Shown here: positions 51,449 to 59,100 of the stretch, piece by piece | Layout: every line of letters starts with the position of its first letter | How positions within the stretch are numbered: the first letter of the stretch is position 1 | Origin: a virus | Lineage: Duplodnaviria; Heunggongvirae; Uroviricota; Caudoviricetes | Length of the DNA stretch: 64,000 nt | IMG/VR virus record: IMGVR_UViG_3300028549_001428 | Strand: one strand, 5' to 3' | Notes under the pieces: generated by a model | The model's input: only the letters and a program-made list of their open reading frames with translations | Databases searched by the model: none | Told to the model about the DNA's origin: nothing | Translations under genes and position numbers: made by a program

Positions 51449-51495
51449 ATAATTACCAAGTATAATAAATATAGTTTATAATACTCGATAATTAT
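51449..51495 (-). promoter_or_regulatory. RBS-sequestering hairpin with late promoter (51472-51480) in its loop
   Basis: ATAATTATCGAGTAT / ATACTTGGTAATTAT: 15 bp with two G-U pairs on the minus strand, ending at the ATG. Confidence 0.7.
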
Positions 51496-51565
51496 GCAAT
51501 TAAAATTAGTTCAATTCATTGCTAATTTATCAAACAACACTTAATATGCTAGATATTAAGTAATA

Positions 51566-51658
51566 TGGGTTGAATAGGATTCGAACCTATCTACTGCGAG
51601 TCCATACGGCAATTTGGTAAAGCAGGGAGGATTTACAGTCCTCTGCCGTTATCAACCC
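51566..51658 (-). tRNA. Atypical tRNA-Tyr(GTA) lacking a D arm, with a 36-nt variable region
   Basis: GGGTTGA/TCAACCC-A; GAGGA-CTGTAAA-TCCTC; ATAGG-TTCGAAT-CCTAT; only 8 nt between acceptor and anticodon stems. Confidence 0.7.
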
Positions 51659-51668
51659 AAAAATTTAG

Positions 51669-51776
51669 TGGGGGACAGTGGATTCGAACCACCATAGTAA
51701 GTTACATATTACGTAATTTTTTCACCTACACGTATGTCACCCATACGCCACGCTAACCAATATCGTGCTGTACCCC
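51669..51776 (-). ncRNA. tRNA-like RNA with non-canonical anticodon loop and 37-nt variable region
   Basis: GGGGTAC/GTCCCCC-A; D arm CACG..TGG..CGTG; CGTATG-GGTGA-CATACG; GGTGG-TTCGAAT-CCACT. Confidence 0.65.
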
Positions 51777-51831
51777 GTATTGTAAAATCAACTCTCATAT
51801 CGCTAGTATATAAGTCTCCACTTTGCAAAAC

Positions 51832-51859
51832 AAAAAACCCACTTCTTGTGGAAGTGGGC
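51832..51859 (-). terminator. Attenuator terminator upstream of the second tRNA operon
   Basis: GCCCACTTC-CACAA-GAAGTGGGT-TTTTT. Confidence 0.85.
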
Positions 51860-51896
51860 TTTATAACTTTTGTCATACGCATTTTACGTATATAAG

Positions 51897-51968
51897 TTAT
51901 CGCATCACACTTCCTTTCGGAGTTGTTTTTATAAATCGATAATACTTATATATACGTTTCATGTTCAT
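51897..51968 (-). CDS. Putative leader peptide MNMKRIYKYYRFIKTTPKGSVMR
   Basis: ATG 6 nt after the -10 box (leaderless); 23 codons; contains GGAAGTG, complementary to the terminator 5' arm. Confidence 0.7.
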   Translation of the reverse strand: MNMKRIYKYYRFIKTTPKGSVMR

Positions 51969-51974
51969 ACCTTT

Positions 51975-52002
51975 AATATAGTTCTTTTTTGTTGTTTGTC
52001 AA
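51975..52002 (-). promoter_or_regulatory. Sigma70-type promoter TTGACA-N16-TATATT
   Basis: Shares AAAAAAGAACTATATTAA with the promoter at 49292-49320. Confidence 0.8.
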
Positions 52003-52053
52003 AACTTTTTTCAGATTTCTTAAAATTTCTTTTTCAAGTTCTCTGATATGGTT

Positions 52054-52082
52054 AATATAGTAAATTTCGTTTCAGTTGTCAA
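52054..52082 (-). promoter_or_regulatory. Sigma70-type promoter TTGACA-N17-TATATT (tandem upstream promoter)
   Basis: Perfect -35, 17-nt spacer, A-tract upstream. Confidence 0.75.
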
Positions 52083-52100
52083 TCTTTTTTTTTTCAAAAA

Positions 52101-52289
52101 TAACGACATGGATACAGTACATTCCTTTAGACACCACAAGTTCTCATTGGTTAGAGAACTAGGAACTCTTAGCCTTGTCAAGCATGGGATACTTTCTCGA
52201 TTTCTACTACACGGGATTTCACCGCCACTCCTTACAACTCGTCCATAGAGTCATAAAGTTTTCGATCACCGACCATATCCATGTCGTTA
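52101..52289 (-). ncRNA. ~189-nt structured ncRNA, 6S-RNA-like
   Basis: 5' and 3' ends pair over 18 bp (TAACGACATGGATATGGT / ACTGTATCCATGTCGTTA); starts at the predicted +1 of its promoter; followed by a T-run. Confidence 0.7.
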
Positions 52290-52294
52290 AGAGT

Positions 52295-52323
52295 AATATA
52301 GTAATTCAAGTAACGAATGTCAA
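52295..52323 (-). promoter_or_regulatory. Sigma70-type promoter TTGACA-N17-TATATT
   Basis: Predicted +1 near 52288 coincides with the 5' end of the ncRNA stem. Confidence 0.85.
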
Positions 52324-52331
52324 TACTTTTT

Positions 52332-54053
52332 TTAAAGATTTTTTATTTCTTTCCAGTGCATGTGTTCAGCATATGCTTCTGGGTCTGATTCTTTCAAGTA
52401 TTCTTCATATTCAGCATCATATCGATCACTTTCAGCTTTTTGATAATCATAAGCCATTGAGGTCAATTTATCTTCTTTAGCGTTTCGTTTAGCTTCTTTA
52501 GCTTTTGCTTCTGGTGTATATCGTAGCATATCCTTTTCCTGATCCCTAATATCATCAGCATTCATTTTAATGCGAAGTATATCATCATTTGAATATACAT
52601 CAAAATCATATTTAGCAATACCATTAAGTCTGTTATTTGTTAAAAATACTTTCTTGTTTTTATCACTCATTGCTTTAAACATGGATATGATAGCCATGAT
52701 TAGTCGTTCTCTGGTTGATTCTGGTTTTGGATATTTGTATTCTGGATAGAATCCCTGACCTTCCATAATACCTGCATCATCTTCCATCTTTTTAAGTCTA
52801 TCATAATAATCAGGAATTTCTGCTTCATGATCCTTTGCAATTTCATATGCTATTTCTGGATTATTAGTGTGTTCAGATTCTACATCTATACCCATATCTA
52901 ATTGATCTTCAATGTCCTCTACAGGGAGTCCATGCTTCTTTGCGATATCTTCTGGTGTCATTCCATCGGCTCTACCACCAATAAGATGTTCCTCGGTTTC
53001 AACCGATTCAAATCTTCCTTTAGGTTTTGAATAGTGTTCTTTCATAACTTGTTCTGTGAAGCCAGCATCACGTAACATCAATTCACCACGACATTTACCA
53101 TATGATCCAATTCGTGTCATATCACCGCCTAACAAGCCCATAGTACCCATTAGATCAAACATACCACTAACGAATTCATTCTCCCATAACGGTTGTATTT
53201 GCTCTTGTGTTAAGTAACGAGGACTTCTGCTATTACCACGAGTTTCCGCTTCATATGTCAGTATAGCTTGACAATAAAATTTAAATGGTATTCCAAGTAA
53301 TCTTTCAAATTCTTTTGGCGTTATTTTATCAACTTTATCACTTATTACCCATAGATCTTCTGGATCGCTATCATATACTTTAGCAACTACGCCTGATTGT
53401 TGTATATATCCATCAGCTTCAACTCCATTCTGCGCAATACCTTTAGCATTTTTAGGTAATTTCAGTACTTTATCATTTCCTAAATCGAATACGGTACGAG
53501 AACTACCAGTACCTAACTGTGGTAATTTTGATTTAGCATACTTAACACGTGATGCAAAACTAGGTAATGTTTTAAATGTTTTTACATCGAAAGGTTCGGA
53601 TGCGGTTGATGCCTCAAAGCCTTCAATTAATATATTATATAAAGTATCATTTACATTTGGTTGTAATGATTCTAAAAAATTGCGTAGTAGTGTATACGTT
53701 GTTTCCATTATAGGTTCCTCTGCTTGTCGTATCATCGAATTTGATATTCTAAAATCTTTATTTCGTCCCTTATTTGGTTTAAATCCCAATCCACCGTAAA
53801 ACTTTTTTAATTTTCCAATCTTACCACCGAAATCCTTAGATGGTGATAAAGAAACTGGTTTATGTACTGCATTGGCATATGTAATGATATCATTCATTAT
53901 TTTTGTACCAATGCCTTGATTTCTATGTTCAGGATTAACAACAATTCTAGAAACATCTACACTTGTTCTACCATCCCAAACGAATAAATCAGCAACCTCT
54001 TTATATTTATTCTTGATATCATCTAAGGTCATATTAACTCTCGTCATATTCAA
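52332..54053 (-). CDS. Multi-domain protein: GNAT acetyltransferase, kinase-like domain and DUF5661-like domain (likely start ATG 54032)
   Basis: IVVNPEHRNQGIGTKIM..LKKFYGGLGF; LGTGSSRTVF..KVLKLPK..NGVE..GDM..LRDAG; QLDMGIDVESEHT..EIAKDHEAEIPDYYDRL. Confidence 0.75.
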   Translation of the reverse strand: MNMTRVNMTLDDIKNKYKEVADLFVWDGRTSVDVSRIVVNPEHRNQGIGTKIMNDIITYANAVHKPVSLSPSKDFGGKIGKLKKFYGGLGFKPNKGRNKDFRISNSMIRQAEEPIMETTYTLLRNFLESLQPNVNDTLYNILIEGFEASTASEPFDVKTFKTLPSFASRVKYAKSKLPQLGTGSSRTVFDLGNDKVLKLPKNAKGIAQNGVEADGYIQQSGVVAKVYDSDPEDLWVISDKVDKITPKEFERLLGIPFKFYCQAILTYEAETRGNSRSPRYLTQEQIQPLWENEFVSGMFDLMGTMGLLGGDMTRIGSYGKCRGELMLRDAGFTEQVMKEHYSKPKGRFESVETEEHLIGGRADGMTPEDIAKKHGLPVEDIEDQLDMGIDVESEHTNNPEIAYEIAKDHEAEIPDYYDRLKKMEDDAGIMEGQGFYPEYKYPKPESTRERLIMAIISMFKAMSDKNKKVFLTNNRLNGIAKYDFDVYSNDDILRIKMNADDIRDQEKDMLRYTPEAKAKEAKRNAKEDKLTSMAYDYQKAESDRYDAEYEEYLKESDPEAYAEHMHWKEIKNL

Positions 54054-55359
54054 TTATAATATTCGGAACGGTTTGACCTACTGTGCTATCACCTCTCACT
54101 TCAAGCTGTAGAAACACATAATCAGTTTCACCAGCAGCCATAGGGTTACTAATACCACCATTCACTGTATTTATGTTATAATTACCTACTAAACATGTTC
54201 TAGTGTTTGTTATAGTATTGCCATATCCAAGATTGTATACTGATTGATATCCTACTATAACATAACCTGCTTCGGCTACTGCAACTGGATCTACTGTAAC
54301 AACTTCATTAACAGTACCACCATTTTCAACGGTAATGCCATTTATAACAATTTCTCGTTCTACATTAGCAATAACACTTGTGCTATTATTTAAAAATCTT
54401 ATTGGATCAGTATCGCCATTGACATTTATAAATCTATAAATTTTATTTTCATCAAAATTTATACTTGGATTCTTACTTCCATTTAAATAATATACTTTAG
54501 AACCGCTTGATAGTGTTCTAACTTCTACTGTATATTCTTCTGTTGTTGCTGGTGTAACTGACAGGTCAATCCATGTAATGGTGTAACCCATGTTTACATT
54601 GGTTGAATTTCCGTATTTAAGTCCACTTGGGTAAGCAAGTAATAATGCAGAGGTTGCATTTATTGTAACTACACGCTCACCACTCACTGTGCTAACTACA
54701 ATATCAGATGAAACAACTGGTAAATTAGTAACTGCATCGTATACCGTAAATGTAACAGCACCATTTGTTTTATCGATAAATTGATATGAATTTCCTACAA
54801 TAATAGGTACGTCAATCTGGCGTTCATTATTTAAATACATTAAATTACCAACACCAATATCATGTATGGTTATGTTGTAATTTAATACAGGTAATTTTTC
54901 ATCTACATATTGACCACTATTTCCATTAACTCTTAATAGAAATGGACTTTCCTTCGAGTAATTCCATACATCATTAACTGCAACCAATGATTTAGAATTA
55001 GTTGGTTTAGCATATGATCTACTATTACCTACATATAATTTAGGTACTTTATCATCTGTTGGTCTTGCTGTTTCTGGATATAATCTAATATGACTTAATT
55101 GATTGGACGGTGGTGTTTTTAATACTAACTTAAATATTGACTCAAATGAGTATGCCGTAGCATCTGGTTCATCTGGTCTATACACACAATAAGTATTTGC
55201 ATCTGATTTATCATCCGATGGCACTACACCATTACTTCCAACGCTTTGATATACGGCAGGTACTGCGGCATCTATTCGTTTGATTCCAATGCTAGTTACA
55301 GGAGTGCCAAATGCACTATCCTTTCCAGTATATTTATAAATTTGAAATGTTGCTGCCAT
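54034..55359 (-). CDS. Putative virion structural protein
   Basis: 441 aa beta-rich; GGAG SD; directly after the neck gene; C-terminal TDYVFLQLEV..YDES. Confidence 0.6.
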   Translation of the reverse strand: MAATFQIYKYTGKDSAFGTPVTSIGIKRIDAAVPAVYQSVGSNGVVPSDDKSDANTYCVYRPDEPDATAYSFESIFKLVLKTPPSNQLSHIRLYPETARPTDDKVPKLYVGNSRSYAKPTNSKSLVAVNDVWNYSKESPFLLRVNGNSGQYVDEKLPVLNYNITIHDIGVGNLMYLNNERQIDVPIIVGNSYQFIDKTNGAVTFTVYDAVTNLPVVSSDIVVSTVSGERVVTINATSALLLAYPSGLKYGNSTNVNMGYTITWIDLSVTPATTEEYTVEVRTLSSGSKVYYLNGSKNPSINFDENKIYRFINVNGDTDPIRFLNNSTSVIANVEREIVINGITVENGGTVNEVVTVDPVAVAEAGYVIVGYQSVYNLGYGNTITNTRTCLVGNYNINTVNGGISNPMAAGETDYVFLQLEVRGDSTVGQTVPNIIIEYDES

Positions 55360-55370
55360 ACATGCTCCAA

Positions 55371-56111
55371 TTACATATCTAAATCGGTTAATATAAATGG
55401 TGTAGCCGATTCATCACGTATCATCTTCAACAACTCAGCATATCGCTTTGTTGCATCATCTAATAATTTCTGACCATTGACTTTACCACCACCAGGTAAT
55501 TGATAATCATCACGTGATAATACTTTACCCCATAAAATTTCTACACGAGCTACTACAAAGTCACGGAATAATGGGTTAGCGAATATTTCAGCCATTGCAG
55601 CCTTTCTATAAATTCTACATAACGCAACTCTATCACTTCTAGGCGTAGGAACTATTCTTAATCTATGTGCCTGTGCATGGAACTGTACTTGATATTGCAC
55701 ACCAACTAATTTTTGAACGTCAGCTAGGTATCTCATAGCACCTGTATAGGTGACTAAATCAAATTGTGACCATCCAGTGGTTGCAACTAATGACTCTCCA
55801 GCACCTACGTCAAAAGCCGTCCACGGTGTGAATCCATTACCAAATGAAGGTGCTACATCTATAATATCAGTTACTTCTTCGGGTACGTCATACTCAATGA
55901 TACCAGCTTTCAATCTAAGTACCATCCAATCATGGAATGATCCCTCATCTTGATTCTCTCTTACGAACCAATCTAAGCAGTTTTGAATTGCTAAATGAAT
56001 ATGTCCTAATCCATTTTTTTCTTCTAATTCTAATTCAATTTCCAAAACTGGATGACCCAATTCTGCTTTGACATATTCAACCATGTCATCACGGGTAATA
56101 TATGAATACAT
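55371..56111 (-). CDS. Neck protein, T4 gp13-like
   Basis: TRDDMVEYVKAELGHPVLEIEL..AIQNCLDWF; WGKVLSR..QLPGGGKVNGQKLLDDA. Confidence 0.88.
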   Translation of the reverse strand: MYSYITRDDMVEYVKAELGHPVLEIELELEEKNGLGHIHLAIQNCLDWFVRENQDEGSFHDWMVLRLKAGIIEYDVPEEVTDIIDVAPSFGNGFTPWTAFDVGAGESLVATTGWSQFDLVTYTGAMRYLADVQKLVGVQYQVQFHAQAHRLRIVPTPRSDRVALCRIYRKAAMAEIFANPLFRDFVVARVEILWGKVLSRDDYQLPGGGKVNGQKLLDDATKRYAELLKMIRDESATPFILTDLDM

Positions 56112-56132
56112 AATAAACTATTTCCTTTTTTA

Positions 56133-56141
56133 TAGTTTATA
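56133..56141 (-). promoter_or_regulatory. Late promoter TATAAACTA
   Basis: Motif upstream of the gp13-like gene. Confidence 0.7.
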
Positions 56142-59100
56142 AAATATCGCTTGCTTTAGGCATTCTATTCTTTTTCAATAATTCAATTGTCTTCTCAATC
56201 TTATTACTTACTTGAATAGCTTCTATAGTTGGCTTTTCTTTAGTTAATAAAGCCTTTCTAGCACCTACTTGCTGTGATGTTGATACTAATTTTTCGAATA
56301 CCGACTCACTTAAACTTGTTTTGCTATCTGGTTCCACATCTTCAATATTTGCACCAGCACCCTTAACAGTACCATCAGGGTCGGTTTTCTTATTATTGAT
56401 ATCTATTCGTGCATACATATCTCTTAATTGAGGGAATGTCAATAGATCCTGTGTATTTATTACACCAAATTCATTTTCTAATAAGTCATACTGTTTAAAG
56501 TTAGGTGAATTGTAGAAACTATCATATAAGAATTTTATCTTTAAATTATTGAAATTATCCAATATCTTCTTATATTCTTCATATAGTTGATCTGCAATCA
56601 ATGCATGCATGATTCTAGCATCACTAGACTGTGGATTGCCATTATCATCATAACCATCAATAACAGCAATATCGGTTTTGATTGTTATTATATCAGCATC
56701 ATTTTCACTTACAAATTTACCATCTTGATATTGTCCAAATTGAACCGAATTAAAATCAATTTGTTTCTGACCGAATGTATTACCATTACCTTCTCTATGA
56801 GTTGATCTAGCATCCAATATAAATGTAGTCAATTTTCCATCATATAGAGTTATATAAGAACCATCACTAAAATCATCTATACTTATTTTTATATCATAAT
56901 AAAAATCACCTAAATATGATTTAACAAATTTTATTGGATCGGTCTTATAATATCTACTTACGATATTAGAATATCTATCAATATAATCACCAGATAACAA
57001 CCCTCTACTCGCACTATAGTTACCTATTAGAGAATTGAATACAACTAATTGGTTAAATGACTTAGGATTACTTGCTTTCCATTCAGATACCAATTTTCTG
57101 CCCATCAAATCAGTACCATTCGCATTCATTTTAGACTGCACCAACATTAAGAATTCTTTAACATCCTTTAATATCAAGTTATTAGGAATATTGAAATTAG
57201 TAATCTTATTAGGATCAACCCATATTTCGTTATTTATATTTATTCCATTAGTTAATGAATTATTGCCTTTTAATATATATGGATCATTCGATGTTAAGTA
57301 AGTATCGGTAGTAGCTATATATCCCATTTCGGTAACATTTACGTAAGAATTAGCAACCACAGGATCATACTGTAGGTATGCACTGTCTCTAAACTTTAAT
57401 GCATCTTTGTGATTTACACCTATAGGTAAGAATTCCCATACAAATATATCTGGACCAGTTACTAACTGACCACACCAGACTACATTCATTGAAGTTCCAT
57501 AATCACCTAATCTACAACCTTCAACAAAGGCTTCTGCAATATTAAGTAACTTCTTCATATCAGCACTGCCATCAAGAATAGGAGTTACTAAATCAGCTTC
57601 AGTTATTCTAATTTTTACAGCCAATCCATAATTATGCCATGACAAGAAACTACTTACAGAACCACCCAGTTGTAATTTTTCCTGATCGTCAAATGATCTA
57701 GTGGTTTCTATTAAATGCACTCGATTTTTACCAAATTGATTATTTAGTATCTGCATTAAGAATTGCACTTTATTGTATATATCTATACCACCACGCAAAT
57801 CACTAATTGATTTACTTGATTTATGGAATATTTCCCATCCAACTATATCATCATTCAATACAATATTACCACCATAATCTAATGTATAGTCACCGTTACG
57901 GTTTTTATTAGCATATTGTCCTTGATCGAATGGACCAAATTCAGAAAATACTTTCTTTCTTAATTCACCATCATATGGTAAATGAGGCATTGCATATTTT
58001 ATCGTTATGTTTCTTGGTTCATCTGGTTCTTTTGAATTGTCAAATGGTAATATAATCGTATCTAGATTACCTGTAGTTGTTGTGTATGCCGCAAATGAAG
58101 CTGTATCAACCGTAAATGCTATGTGAGTGGAATCTTGTATAGTACCAGAAAATGAGCCATTTCCATTAGCGTTATCGCAATTAGATATAGTGAATGATAC
58201 AGTCTCAGGGAATGGTTTAGTATTCATTATATTCACAGGAATTGCTTTACTTAATGTAACATTTACGGCATTTCCATTAGCTGTTAGTGAGGAAAATGCA
58301 ATGTTAACATCATTATTTTTTCCTAGTGGTTTGTCATTTTTTCTATATTTTTCGTATGTATTTGTATCTACAAAATTTACTTCCACCCAACGAACACCAA
58401 GATCAACACGCACATATACAGTTCGTTTTCTACCGAAAATGTTTTTACGTCTTACTTTCTTTCGTTTAGTTCCCATATACACAGGAATTAATAATCTGCA
58501 TAAACGCTTATCATAAGTGAAGGCAGAATCTAACACAGGTCCCATTGGATCTGTATCATCATCTCCGTCTCTAACAAACTGTCTACTTGGGAATACAGAT
58601 TCATTAGTATAATGTTGATACCAGCGTATTCGTTTAATTATAGCATTTAACGCTTTCAAACTATCTTTGGAATTGCTTATACTCTCAAGCGATAAAGCCA
58701 TAAGCGCAGCTCCAACACCCATTGATATAAATGAAGTTGCTACAATAGCCGAAACTCTATTTATTTGTTTCTTTATTTTTGGTAATGTATCTATTATTTC
58801 ATTAATATTCACTTCATCAGGCAGTATATATTCCATTTGATGTATTTTTCTATCATCTTTGGTCATTGCTTGATTAACACCGTTATCCTCATAGTATGAC
58901 CATAAGGTTTTGGTGTATGTAATACCTTTGTATACATATGGTGTATTATCAACAACAGATTCAGCACTACCATCAAATTGCATCGTAATGGCATCATATG
59001 AATTATCTGTTGGTACTATTGGTTTTTTTATTAATCCTAAATCTTCATCATCAACAAATGAATTAACCAACATGCTTGAATTTATTGCCTTAAATAACTC

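Noticed and set aside
49081-51545. Shared ATTAAGTGTT (minus strand) at 49081-49090 and 51536-51545 as a boxA-like antitermination signal
   Set aside because: Only 10 nt, AT-rich, poor match to boxA and inconsistent position
51669-51776. tmRNA or ordinary tRNA-His
   Set aside because: Too short, no G3-U70 and no tag frame for tmRNA; lacks U33 and the G-1/C73 His determinants
49060-51968. T-box riboswitch control of the tRNA operons
   Set aside because: No T-box consensus (AAxxAGGGTGGxACCGCG) or Stem I in either leader; both instead carry translatable ORFs
52048-52480. Plus-strand ORFs 52048-52248 and 52175-52480
   Set aside because: Overlap minus-strand promoters and the structured ncRNA; no coding signals
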